DNA from: the human T2T-CHM13v2.0 reference genome, Homo sapiens | Length of the DNA stretch: 64,000 nt | Assembly: GCF_009914755.1 (NCBI RefSeq) | Contig: NC_060944.1 | Strand: one strand, 5' to 3' | Shown: one piece after another, positions 41,401-56,400 of the stretch | How positions within the stretch are numbered: position 1 is the first letter of the stretch | Layout of the letters: each line of letters starts with the position of its first letter | Notes under the pieces: model-generated | Databases searched by the model: none | Seen by the model: only the letters and a program-made list of their open reading frames with translations | Told to the model about the DNA's origin: nothing | Position numbers and translations under genes: made by a program

Positions 41401-44400
41401 GAATCAACATGAGTGGAAGGGAAAGGAATTGAATGTAATGAAGTAGAATGGAATGGAATCAAAGCAAGTGGAATGGAAAGGATTGCTATAGAATAGAATG
41501 GAAAGGAATGGAATGGAAACATCAAGACTGGAATGTAATGCAATAGATTGGAATCGATTGGAATGGAATCCACCCGAGTGCAATGAAATGGAATGGAATG
41601 GAATGGAAATAACACTAGTGGAATGGAATGGAATGGAATGGAATGGATTGGAATGGAATGGAATCGAATGGAATCAACCTGAGTGGATTGGAATGGATTG
41701 GAATGGAATGGAATGGAATGAACCCGATTGTAATGGAATGGAATGGAATGGAATGGAATGGAATGGAATGGAATGGAATGGATTGGATTCAACCCGAGGG
41801 GAATGGAATGGAATGGAGTGGAATGGAATGGAATGGAATGGAATGAAATGGAATGGAATGTTACCAAATTGTGTGGAATGGAACAGAATGGAATGGAATT
41901 GACTGGAATCAAACCGAGTAGAATGTAAAGGAATGGAATGGAACGTTAATAAACAGAGTGTAATGGAATGGAATGTAACGGATTGTAATCGAATGGAATG
42001 GAATGGAATGGAATCAAAGCGAGTGGAATGCAATGGAATGGTTTGGAATGGAATGGAATGGAATTGAATGGAATTACCCCGAGTGAAATGGCATGGAAAG
42101 GAACGGAATACAATTTAATGGAATGGAATGGAATCAACCCGAGTGGAATGGAATGGAATGGAATGGAATACAATGCAATGGAATGGAACCAATAAGAGTG
42201 GAATGGATTGGAATGGAATGGAGTGGAATGAAACGGAATGGAATCAACCAGAGTGGAATGGAATGGAATGGAAAGGAATGGAATGGAATGAAGTGAAATT
42301 GTAACAATCCACGTGGAATGGAATAGAATGGAATGGAAACAAACTGAGTGGAATGGAATGGAATGGAATGGAATGGAATGGAATGGAATGGAATGGAATG
42401 GAATGAAATGTAATCATACTGTGTGGAACGGAATGGAATGGAATGGAATGGAGTCAACCCGAGTGGAATGGAATGGAATGGAATGGAATGGAATGGAATG
42501 GAATGGAATGGAATGGAATGGATTGGAATGGAATGAAATGGAATGGAGTCAACCCGACTGGAATGGAATGGAAAGGAATGAAATGGAATGGAATGGATTG
42601 CAATGGAATCAACATGAGTGGAAGGGAAAGGAATTCAATGTAATGAAGTAGAATGGAATGGAATCAAAGCAAGTGGAATGGAAAGGATTGGTATAGAATA
42701 GAATGGAAAGGAATGGAATGGAAACATCAAGACTGGAATGTAATGCAATAGATTGGAATCGATTCGAATGGAATCCACCCGAGTGCAATGAAATGGAATG
42801 GAATGGAAAGGAAACAACAAGAGTGGAATGGAATGGAATGGAATGGAATGGAATGGAATGGAATGGAATGGAATGGAATGGAATCGAATGGATTGGAATG
42901 GAATGGAATCGAATGGAATCAACCTGAGTGGAATGGAATGGATTGGAATGGAATCGAATGGAATGAACCCGATTGTAATGGAATGGAATGGAAAGGAATG
43001 GAATGGAATGGAATGGAATGGATTGGATTCAACCCGAGGGGAATGGAATGGAATGGAGTGGAATGGAATGGAATGGAATGGAATGGAATGGAATGGAATG
43101 TTATCAAATTGTGTGGAATGGAACAGAATGGAATGGAATTGACTGGAATCAAACCGAGTAGAATGTAAAGGAATGGAATGGAACTTTATTAAACAGAGTG
43201 TAATGGAATGGAATGTAACGGATTGTAATCGAGTGGAATGGAATGGAATGGAATCAAACCGAGTGGAATGCAATGGAATGGTTTGGAATGGAATGGAATG
43301 GAATTGAATGGAATTATCCCGAGTGAAATGGCATGGAAAGGAACGGAATACAATTTAATGGAATGGAATGGAATCAACCCGAGTGGAATGGAATGGAATG
43401 GAATGGAATACAATGCAATGGAATGGAACCAATAAGAGTGGAATGGATTGGAATGGAATGGAGGGGAATGAAACGGAATGGAATCCACCAGAGTGGAATG
43501 GAATGGAATGGAAAGGAATGGAATGGAATGAAATGAAATTGAAACAATCCGCGTGGAATGGAATAGAATAGAATGGAAACAAACTGAGTGGAATGGAATG
43601 GAATGGAATGGAATGGAATGGAATGGAATGGAATGGAATGCAATGGAATGGAATCAACTCGAATGGAATTGAATGGAATGGATTGGAATGGAAACAAACC
43701 ATTTGGAATGGAATGGAATGGATTGGAATGGAATGGAATGGATTGGAATGGAATGGAATGGAATTGAATGGAATTACCCCGAGTGAAATGGCATGGAAAG
43801 GAACGGAATACAATTTAATGGAATGGAATGGAATCAACCCGAGTGGAATGGAATGGAATGGAATGGAATACAATGCAATGGAATGGAACCAATAAGAGTG
43901 GAATGGATTGGAATGGAATGGAGTGGAATGAAACGGAATGGAATCAACCAGAGTGGAATGGAATGGAATGGAATAGAATGGAATGGAATGAAATGAAACT
44001 GAAACAATCCGCGTGGAATGGAATAGAACGGAATGCAAACAAACTGAGTGGAATGGAATGGAATGGAATGGAATGCAGTGGAATGGAATGGAATGGAATG
44101 GAATCAACTCGAATGGAATTGAATGGAATGGATTGGAATGGAAACAAACCGTTTGGAATGGAATGGAATGGATTGGAATGGAATGGAATGGATTGGAATG
44201 GAATGCAATGGAATGGAATGGAGTCAACCTGAGTGGAATGGAATGGATTGGAATGGAATGGAATGGAATGGAATAGAATGAAATGAACCCGATTGGAATG
44301 GGATGGAATGGAATGGAATGGAATGGAAAGGAATGGAATGGCATGGAATAAACCGGACTGCAATGGAATGGAATGGAATGGAATCCACCCGAGTGCAATG

Positions 44401-47400
44401 GAACGGAATGCAATGGTATGGATTGGAATGGAATAAACAAGAGTGGATTGGAACGGAATGGAATGCAATGGAATGGAATGGAATGGAGTGGAATGGAATG
44501 GAATGGAATGAAATGGAATGGAATGGAATGGATGGAATGGAATCAACCTGAGTGGAATGGAATGGAATGGAATGGTAAGGAATCAAACCAAGTGGAATGG
44601 AAAGGAATCGAATGGAATGCAATGGAACGGAATCAACCCAAGTGGAAAGGAATGGAATGGAATGGATTCGAATGGAATGGAATAGAATGCAGTCAACCCG
44701 AGTGGAATGGTGTGGAATCTCATGGAATGGAATGCAATCAACCCAACTGGAATTGAATGCAAAGGAATGTAATGGAATGGAATGGAATCAACACGAGTGG
44801 AATGCAATGGAATGGAATGGAATGGAATGGAATGGAATGGAATGGAATGGAATGAAATGTAATCATACTGTGTGGAACGGAATGGAATGGACTGGAATGG
44901 AATAAATCTGACTGGTATTGAAAGGAATATGTTGGAATAGAATGGAATGGATTGGAATGGAATGCAATGGAATGGAATGGAATGGAATGGAATGGAATGG
45001 AATGGAATGGAATGGAATAGAATGGAATGAAATCAACCTGAGTGGAATGGAATGGAATGGAATGGAAAGGAATCAAAACAAGTGGAATGGAAACGATTCG
45101 AATGGAATGCAATGGAATGGAATTAACCCAAGTGGAAAGGAATGGAATGGAATGGATTCGAATGGAATGGAATGGAATGCAGTCAACCCGAGTGGAATGG
45201 TATGGAATCTCATGGAATGGAATGCAATCAAATCAACTGGAATTGAATGCAAAGGAATGGAATGGAATGGAATGGAATCAACACGAGTGGAATGCAATGG
45301 AATGGAATGGAATGGAATGGAATGAAATGTAATCATACTGTGTGGAATGGAATGGAATGGAATGGAATGGAATGGAGTCAACCTGAGTGGAATGGAATGG
45401 AATGGAATGGAATGGAATGGAATGGAATGGAATGGATTGGAATGGAATGAAATGGAATGGAGTCAACCCGAATGGAATGGAATGGAAAGGTATCAACCCG
45501 ACTGGAATGGAATGGAAAGGAATGGAATGGAATGGAATGGATTGCAATGGAATCAAAATGAGTGGAAGGGAAAGGAATTGAATGTAATGAAGTAGAATGG
45601 AATGGAATCAAAGCAAGTGGAATGGAAAGGATTGGTATAGAATAGAATGGAAAGGAATGGAATGGAAACATCAAGACTGGAATGTAATGAAATAGATTGG
45701 AATCGATTGGAATGGAATCCACCCGAGTGCAATGAAATGGAATGGAATGGAATGGAAATAACACGAGTGGAATGGAATGGAATGGAATAGAATGGAATGG
45801 AAACAAACTGAGTGGAATGGAATGGAATTGAATGGAATTGAATTGAATGGAATGGAATGGAATGGAATCAACTCGAATGGAATTGAATGGAATGGATTGG
45901 AATGGAATGGAATGTATTGGAATGGAATGGAATGGAATGGAATCAAACTGAGTGGAATGGAATGGATTGGAATGGAATGGAATGGAATGGAATGAAATGA
46001 AATCAACCATATTGGAATGGGATGGAATGGAATGGAATGGATTCGAAAGGAATGGAATGGCATGGAATCAACCGGACTGAAATGGAATGCAATGGAATGG
46101 AATGGAATGGAATGGAATGGAATGGAATGGAATGGATGGAATGGAATCTACCCGAGTTGAATGTAATGGAATCGAAAGCAATGGAATTCAATGGAATGGA
46201 ATGGAATGGAATGGAATGGAATGGAATGGAATGGAATGGAATGGAATGGAATCAAACCAAGTAGAATGAAATGGAAAGGAATAGATTGGAATCAAATGGA
46301 AAGGAATGGAATGGAAGCAAGCCGAGTGGAAGGAAATGGAATCGATTGGAATGGTATGGAATGGAATCCACCCGAGTGCAATGGAACGGAATGCAATGGT
46401 ATGGATTGGAATGGAATAAACAAGAGTGGATTGGAACGGAATGGAATGGAGTGGAATGGAGTGGAATGGAATCTAATCCACCCGAGTGGAATGGAATGGA
46501 ATTGAATGGAATACAATGCAATGGAATGGAACCAATAAGAGTGGAATGGATTGGAATGGAATGGAGTGGAATGAAACGGAATGGAATCAACCAGAGTGGA
46601 ATAGAATGGAATGGAATGGAATGGAATGGAATGGAATGGAATGGAATGGAATCAAACCAAGTAGAATGAAATGGAAAGGAATGGATTGGAATCGAATGGA
46701 AAGGAATGGAATGGAAGCAAGCCGAGTGGAAGGAAATGGAATCGATTGGATTGGAATGGAATGGAATGGAATCCACCCGAGTGCAATGGAACGGAATGCA
46801 ATGGTATGGATTGGAATGGAATAAACAAGAGTGGATTGGAACGGAATGGAGTGGAATGGAGTGGAATGGAATGGAATCCACCCGAGTGGAATGGAATGGA
46901 ATGGAATGGAATACAATGCAATGGAATGGAACCAATAAGAGTGGAATGGATTGGAATGGAATGCAGTGGAATGAAACGGAATGGAATCAACCAGAGTGGA
47001 ATGGAATGGAATGGAATGGAATGGAATGGAATGGAATGGAATGAAATGAAATTGAAACAATCCGCATGGAATGGAATAGAGTGGAATGGAAAAAAACTGA
47101 GTGGAATGGAATGGAATGGAATGGAATGGAATGGAATGGAATGGAATGGAATCAACCAGAATGGAATTCAATGGAATGGATTGGAATGGAAACAAACCGT
47201 TTGGAACCCAATGGAATGGATTGGAATGGAATGGAATGGATTGGAATGGAATGGAATGGAATGGATAGGAATGGAATGGAATGGAATGGAAACAAACCGT
47301 TTGGAATGGAATGGAATGGATTGGAATGGAATGGAATGGATTGGAATGGAATGGAATGCAATGGAATCAACCTGAGTGGAATGGAATGGATTGGAAAGGA

Positions 47401-50400
47401 ATGGAATGGAATGGAAAGGAATGGAATGAAATGAACACGATTGGAATGGGACGGAATGGAATGGAATGAAATGGAAAGGAATGGAATGGCATGGAATCAA
47501 CCGGACTGCAATGGAATGGAATGGAATGGAATGGAATGGAATGGATGGAATGGAATCAACCTGAGTGGAATGGAATGGAATGGAATGGTAAGGAATCAAA
47601 CCAAGTGGAATGGAAAGGAATCGAATGGAATGCAATGGAACGGAATCAACCCAAGTGGAAAGGAATGGAATGGAATGGATTCGAATGGAATGGAATGGAA
47701 TGCAGTCAACCCGAGTGGAATGGTGTGGAATCTCATGGAATGGAATGCAATCAACCGAACTGGAATTGAATGCAAAGGAATGTAATGGAATGGAATGGAA
47801 TCAACACGAGTGGAATGCAATGTAATGGAATGGAATGGAATGGAATGGAATGGAATGGAATGGAATGGAATGAAATGTAATCATACTGTGTGGAACGGAA
47901 TGGAATGGACTGGAATGGAATAAATCCGACTGGTATTGAAAGGAATATGTTGGAATAGAATGGAATGGATTGGAATGGAATGCAATGGAACGGAATGGAA
48001 TGGAATGGAATGGAATGGAATGAAATCAACCTGAGTGGAATGGAATGGAATGGAATGGAAAGGAATCAAACCAAGTGGAATGGAAACGAATCGAATGGAA
48101 TGCAATGGAATGGAATTAACCCAAGTGGAAAGGAATGGAATGGAATGGATTTGAATGGAATGGAATGGAATGCAGTCAACCCGAGTGGAATGGTATGGAA
48201 TCTCATGGAATGGAATGCAATCAAATCAACTGGAATTGAATGCAAAGGAATGTAATGGAATGGAATGGAATCAACACGAGTGGAATGCAATGGAATGGAA
48301 TGGAATGGAATGAAATGTAATCATACTGTGTGGAATGGAATGGAATGGAATGGAGTCAACCTGAGTGGAATGGAATGGAATGGAATGGAATGGAATGGAA
48401 TGGAATGGAATGGAATGGAATGGAATGGAATGGATTGGAATGGATTGGAATGGAAAGAAATGGAATGGAGTCAACACGAATGGAATGGAATGGAAAGGTA
48501 TCAACCCGACTGGAATGGAATGGAAAGGAATGGAATGGAATGGAATGGATTGCATTGGAATCAACATGAGTGGAAGGGAAAGGAATTGAATGTAATGAAG
48601 TAGAATGGAATGGAATCAAAGCAAGTGGAATGGAAAGGATTGCTATAGAATAGAATGGAAAGGAATGGAATGGAAACATCAAGACTGGAATGTAATGCAA
48701 TAGATTGGAATCGATTGGAATGGAATCCACCCGAGTGCAATGAAATGGAATGGAATGGAATGGAAATAACACTAGTGGAATGGAATGGAATGGAATGGAA
48801 TGGATTGGAATGGAATGGAATCGAATGGAATCAACCTGAGTGGATTGGAATGGATTGGAATGGAATGGAATGGAATGAACCCGATTGTAATGGAATGGAA
48901 TGGAATGGAATGGAATGGAATGGAATGGAATGGAATGGATTGGATTCAACCCGAGGGGAATGGAATGGAATGGAGTGGAATGGAATGGAATGGAATGGAA
49001 TGAAATGGAATGGAATGTTACCAAATTGTGTGGAATGGAACAGAATGGAATGGAATTGACTGGAATCAAACCGAGTAGAATGTAAAGGAATGGAATGGAA
49101 CGTTAATAAACAGAGTGTAATGGAATGGAATGTAACGGATTGTAATCGAATGGAATGGAATGGAATGGAATCAAAGCGAGTGGAATGCAATGGAATGGTT
49201 TGGAATGGAATGGAATGGAATTGAATGGAATTACCCCGAGTGAAATGGCATGGAAAGGAACGGAATACAATTTAATGGAATGGAATGGAATCAACCCGAG
49301 TGGAATGGAATGGAATGGAATGGAATACAATGCAATGGAATGGAACCAATAAGAGTGGAATGGATTGGAATGGAATGGAGTGGAATGAAACGGAATGGAA
49401 TCAACCAGAGTGGAATGGAATGGAATGGAAAGGAATGGAATGGAATGAAGTGAAATTGTAACAATCCACGTGGAATGGAATAGAATGGAATGGAAACAAA
49501 CTGAGTGGAATGGAATGGAATGGAATGGAATGGAATGGAATGGAATGGAATGGAATGGAATGAAATGTAATCATACTGTGTGGAACGGAATGGAATGGAA
49601 TGGAATGGAGTCAACCCGAGTGGAATGGAATGGAATGGAATGGAATGGAATGGAATGGAATGGAATGGATTGGAATGGAATGAAATGGAATGGAGTCAAC
49701 CCGACTGGAATGGAATGGAAAGGAATGAAATGGAATGGAATGGATTGCAATGGAATCAACATGAGTGGAAGGGAAAGGAATTCAATGTAATGAAGTAGAA
49801 TGGAATGGAATCAAAGCAAGTGGAATGGAAAGGATGGGTATAGAATAGAATGGAAAGGAATGGAATGGAAACATCAAGACTGGAATGTAATGCAATAGAT
49901 TGGAATCGATTCGAATGGAATCCACCCGAGTGCAATGAAATGGAATGGAATGGAAAGGAAACAACAAGAGTGGAATGGAATGGAATGGAATGGAATGGAA
50001 TGGAATGGAATGGAATGGAATGGAATGGAATGGAATCGAATGGATTGGAATGGAATGGAATCGAATGGAATCAACCTGAGTGGAATGGAATGGATTGGAA
50101 TGGAATCGAATGGAATGAACCCGATTGTAATGGAATGGAATGGAAAGGAATGGAATGGAATGGAATGGAATGGATTGGATTCAACCCGAGGGGAATGGAA
50201 TGGAATGGAGTGGAATGGAATGGAATGGAATGGAATGGAATGGAATGGAATGTTATCAAATTGTGTGGAATGGAACAGAATGGAATGGAATTGACTGGAA
50301 TCAAACCGAGTAGAATGTAAAGGAATGGAATGGAACTTTATTAAACAGAGTGTAATGGAATGGAATGTAACGGATTGTAATCGAGTGGAATGGAATGGAA

Positions 50401-53400
50401 TGGAATCAAACCGAGTGGAATGCAATGGAATGGTTTGGAATGGAATGGAATGGAATTGAATGGAATTATCCCGAGTGAAATGGCATGGAAAGGAACGGAA
50501 TACAATTTAATGGAATGGAATGGAATCAACCCGAGTGGAATGGAATGGAATGGAATGGAATACAATGCAATGGAATGGAACCAATAAGAGTGGAATGGAT
50601 TGGAATGGAATGGAGGGGAATGAAACGGAATGGAATCCACCAGAGTGGAATGGAATGGAATGGAAAGGAATGGAATGGAATGAAATGAAATTGAAACAAT
50701 CCGCGTGGAATGGAATAGAATAGAATGGAAACAAACTGAGTGGAATGGAATGGAATGGAATGGAATGGAATGGAATGGAATGGAATGCAATGGAATGGAA
50801 TCAACTCGAATGGAATTGAATGGAATGGATTGGAATGGAAACAAACCATTTGGAATGGAATGGAATGGATTGGAATGGAATGGAATGGATTGGAATGGAA
50901 TGGAATGGAATTGAATGGAATTACCCCGAGTGAAATGGCATGGAAAGGAACGGAATACAATTTAATGGAATGGAATGGAATCAACCCGAGTGGAATGGAA
51001 TGGAATGGAATGGAATACAATGCAATGGAATGGAACCAATAAGAGTGGAATGGATTGGAATGGAATGGAGTGGAATGAAACGGAATGGAATCAACCAGAG
51101 TGGAATGGAATGGAATGGAATAGAATGGAATGGAATGAAATGAAACTGAAACAATCCGCGTGGAATGGAATAGAACGGAATGCAAACAAACTGAGTGGAA
51201 TGGAATGGAATGGAATGGAATGCAGTGGAATGGAATGGAATGGAATGGAATCAACTCGAATGGAATTGAATGGAATGGATTGGAATGGAAACAAACCGTT
51301 TGGAATGGAATGGAATGGATTGGAATGGAATGGAATGGATTGGAATGGAATGCAATGGAATGGAATGGAGTCAACCTGAGTGGAATGGAATGGATTGGAA
51401 TGGAATGGAATGGAATGGAATAGAATGAAATGAACCCGATTGGAATGGGATGGAATGGAATGGAATGGAATGGAAAGGAATGGAATGGCATGGAATAAAC
51501 CGGACTGCAATGGAATGGAATGGAATGGAATCCACCCGAGTGCAATGGAACGGAATGCAATGGTATGGATTGGAATGGAATAAACAAGAGTGGATTGGAA
51601 CGGAATGGAATGCAATGGAATGGAATGGAATGGAGTGGAATGGAATGGAATGGAATGAAATGGAATGGAATGGAATGGATGGAATGGAATCAACCTGAGT
51701 GGAATGGAATGGAATGGAATGGTAAGGAATCAAACCAAGTGGAATGGAAAGGAATCGAATGGAATGCAATGGAACGGAATCAACCCAAGTGGAAAGGAAT
51801 GGAATGGAATGGATTCGAATGGAATGGAATGGAATGCAGTCAACCCGAGTGGAATGGTGTGGAATCTCATGGAATGGAATGCAATCAACCCAACTGGAAT
51901 TGAATGCAAAGGAATGTAATGGAATGGAATGGAATCAACACGAGTGGAATGCAATGGAATGGAATGGAATGGAATGGAATGGAATGGAATGGAATGGAAT
52001 GAAATGTAATCATACTGTGTGGAACGGAATGGAATGGACTGGAATGGAATAAATCTGACTGGTATTGAAAGGAATATGTTGGAATAGAATGGAATGGATT
52101 GGAATGGAATGCAATGGAATGGAATGGAATGGAATGGAATGGAATGGAATGGAATGGAATAGAATGGAATGAAATCAACCTGAGTGGAATGGAATGGAAT
52201 GGAATGGAAAGGAATCAAAACAAGTGGAATGGAAACGATTCGAATGGAATGCAATGGAATGGAATTAACCCAAGTGGAAAGGAATGGAATGGAATGGATT
52301 CGAATGGAATGGAATGGAATGCAGTCAACCCGAGTGGAATGGTATGGAATCTCATGGAATGGAATGCAATCAAATCAACTGGAATTGAATGCAAAGGAAT
52401 GGAATGGAATGGAATGGAATCAACACGAGTGGAATGCAATGGAATGGAATGGAATGGAATGGAATGAAATGTAATCATACTGTGTGGAATGGAATGGAAT
52501 GGAATGGAATGGAATGGAGTCAACCTGAGTGGAATGGAATGGAATGGAATGGAATGGAATGGAATGGAATGGAATGGATTGGAATGGAATGAAATGGAAT
52601 GGAGTCAACCCGAATGGAATGGAATGGAAAGGTATCAACCCGACTGGAATGGAATGGAAAGGAATGGAATGGAATGGAATGGATTGCAATGGAATCAAAA
52701 TGAGTGGAAGGGAAAGGAATTGAATGTAATGAAGTAGAATGGAATGGAATCAAAGCAAGTGGAATGGAAAGGATTGGTATAGAATAGAATGGAAAGGAAT
52801 GGAATGGAAACATCAAGACTGGAATGTAATGAAATAGATTGGAATCGATTGGAATGGAATCCACCCGAGTGCAATGAAATGGAATGGAATGGAATGGAAA
52901 TAACACGAGTGGAATGGAATGGAATGGAATAGAATGGAATGGAAACAAACTGAGTGGAATGGAATGGAATTGAATGGAATTGAATTGAATGGAATGGAAT
53001 GGAATGGAATCAACTCGAATGGAATTGAATGGAATGGATTGGAATGGAATGGAATGTATTGGAATGGAATGGAATGGAATGGAATCAAACTGAGTGGAAT
53101 GGAATGGATTGGAATGGAATGGAATGGAATGGAATGAAATGAAATCAACCATATTGGAATGGGATGGAATGGAATGGAATGGATTCGAAAGGAATGGAAT
53201 GGCATGGAATCAACCGGACTGAAATGGAATGCAATGGAATGGAATGGAATGGAATGGAATGGAATGGAATGGAATGGATGGAATGGAATCTACCCGAGTT
53301 GAATGTAATGGAATCGAAAGCAATGGAATTCAATGGAATGGAATGGAATGGAATGGAATGGAATGGAATGGAATGGAATGGAATGGAATGGAATGGAATC

Positions 53401-56400
53401 AAACCAAGTAGAATGAAATGGAAAGGAATAGATTGGAATCAAATGGAAAGGAATGGAATGGAAGCAAGCCGAGTGGAAGGAAATGGAATCGATTGGAATG
53501 GTATGGAATGGAATCCACCCGAGTGCAATGGAACGGAATGCAATGGTATGGATTGGAATGGAATAAACAAGAGTGGATTGGAACGGAATGGAATGGAGTG
53601 GAATGGAGTGGAATGGAATCTAATCCACCCGAGTGGAATGGAATGGAATTGAATGGAATACAATGCAATGGAATGGAACCAATAAGAGTGGAATGGATTG
53701 GAATGGAATGGAGTGGAATGAAACGGAATGGAATCAACCAGAGTGGAATAGAATGGAATGGAATGGAATGGAATGGAATGGAATGGAATGGAATGGAATG
53801 GAATCAAACCAAGTAGAATGAAATGGAAAGGAATGGATTGGAATCGAATGGAAAGGAATGGAATGGAAGCAAGCCGAGTGGAAGGAAATGGAATCGATTG
53901 GATTGGAATGGAATGGAATGGAATCCACCCGAGTGCAATGGAACGGAATGCAATGGTATGGATTGGAATGGAATAAACAAGAGTGGATTGGAACGGAATG
54001 GAGTGGAATGGAGTGGAATGGAATGGAATCCACCCGAGTGGAATGGAATGGAATGGAATGGAATACAATGCAATGGAATGGAACCAATAAGAGTGGAATG
54101 GATTGGAATGGAATGCAGTGGAATGAAACGGAATGGAATCAACCAGAGTGGAATGGAATGGAATGGAATGGAATGGAATGGAATGGAATGGAATGAAATG
54201 AAATTGAAACAATCCGCATGGAATGGAATAGAGTGGAATGGAAAAAAACTGAGTGGAATGGAATGGAATGGAATGGAATGGAATGGAATGGAATGGAATG
54301 GAATCAACCAGAATGGAATTCAATGGAATGGATTGGAATGGAAACAAACCGTTTGGAACCCAATGGAATGGATTGGAATGGAATGGAATGGATTGGAATG
54401 GAATGGAATGGAATGGATAGGAATGGAATGGAATGGAATGGAAACAAACCGTTTGGAATGGAATGGAATGGATTGGAATGGAATGGAATGGATTGGAATG
54501 GAATGGAATGCAATGGAATCAACCTGAGTGGAATGGAATGGATTGGAAAGGAATGGAATGGAATGGAAAGGAATGGAATGAAATGAACACGATTGGAATG
54601 GGACGGAATGGAATGGAATGAAATGGAAAGGAATGGAATGGCATGGAATCAACCGGACTGCAATGGAATGGAATGGAATGGAATGGAATGGAATGGATGG
54701 AATGGAATCAACCTGAGTGGAATGGAATGGAATGGAATGGTAAGGAATCAAACCAAGTGGAATGGAAAGGAATCGAATGGAATGCAATGGAACGGAATCA
54801 ACCCAAGTGGAAAGGAATGGAATGGAATGGATTCGAATGGAATGGAATGGAATGCAGTCAACCCGAGTGGAATGGTGTGGAATCTCATGGAATGGAATGC
54901 AATCAACCGAACTGGAATTGAATGCAAAGGAATGTAATGGAATGGAATGGAATCAACACGAGTGGAATGCAATGTAATGGAATGGAATGGAATGGAATGG
55001 AATGGAATGGAATGGAATGGAATGAAATGTAATCATACTGTGTGGAACGGAATGGAATGGACTGGAATGGAATAAATCCGACTGGTATTGAAAGGAATAT
55101 GTTGGAATAGAATGGAATGGATTGGAATGGAATGCAATGGAACGGAATGGAATGGAATGGAATGGAATGGAATGAAATCAACCTGAGTGGAATGGAATGG
55201 AATGGAATGGAAAGGAATCAAACCAAGTGGAATGGAAACGAATCGAATGGAATGCAATGGAATGGAATTAACCCAAGTGGAAAGGAATGGAATGGAATGG
55301 ATTTGAATGGAATGGAATGGAATGCAGTCAACCCGAGTGGAATGGTATGGAATCTCATGGAATGGAATGCAATCAAATCAACTGGAATTGAATGCAAAGG
55401 AATGTAATGGAATGGAATGGAATCAACACGAGTGGAATGCAATGGAATGGAATGGAATGGAATGAAATGTAATCATACTGTGTGGAATGGAATGGAATGG
55501 AATGGAGTCAACCTGAGTGGAATGGAATGGAATGGAATGGAATGGAATGGAATGGAATGGAATGGAATGGATTGGAATGGAAAGAAATGGAATGGAGTCA
55601 ACACGAATGGAATGGAATGGAAAGGTATCAACCCGACTGGAATGGAATGGAAAGGAATGGAATGGAATGGAATGGATTGCATTGGAATCAACATGAGTGG
55701 AAGGGAAAGGAATTGAATGTAATGAAGTAGAATGGAATGGAATCAAAGCAAATGGAATGGAAAGGATTGCTATAGAATAGAATGGAAAGGAATGGAATGG
55801 AAACATCAAGACTGGAATGTAATGCAATAGATTGGAATCGATTGGAATGGAATCCACCCGAGTGCAATGAAATGGAATGGAATGGAATGGAAATAACACT
55901 AGTGGAATGGAATGGAATGGAATGGAATGGATTGGAATGGAATGGAATCGAATGGAATCAACCTGAGTGGATTGGAATGGATTGGAATGGAATGGAATGG
56001 AATGAACCCGATTGTAATGGAATGGAATGGAATGGAATGGAATGGAATGGAATGGAATGGATTGGATTCAACCCGAGGGGAATGGAATGGAATGGAGTGG
56101 AATGGAATGGAATGGAATGGAATGAAATGGAATGGAATGTTACCAAATTGTGTGGAATGGAACAGAATGGAATGGAATTGACTGGAATCAAACCGAGTAG
56201 AATGTAAAGGAATGGAATGGAACGTTAATAAACAGAGTGTAATGGAATGGAATGTAACGGATTGTAATCGAATGGAATGGAATGGAATGGAATCAAAGCG
56301 AGTGGAATGCAATGGAATGGTTTGGAATTCAATGGAATGGAATTGAATGGAATTACCCCGAGTGAAATGGCATGGAAAGGAACGGAATACAATTTAATGG

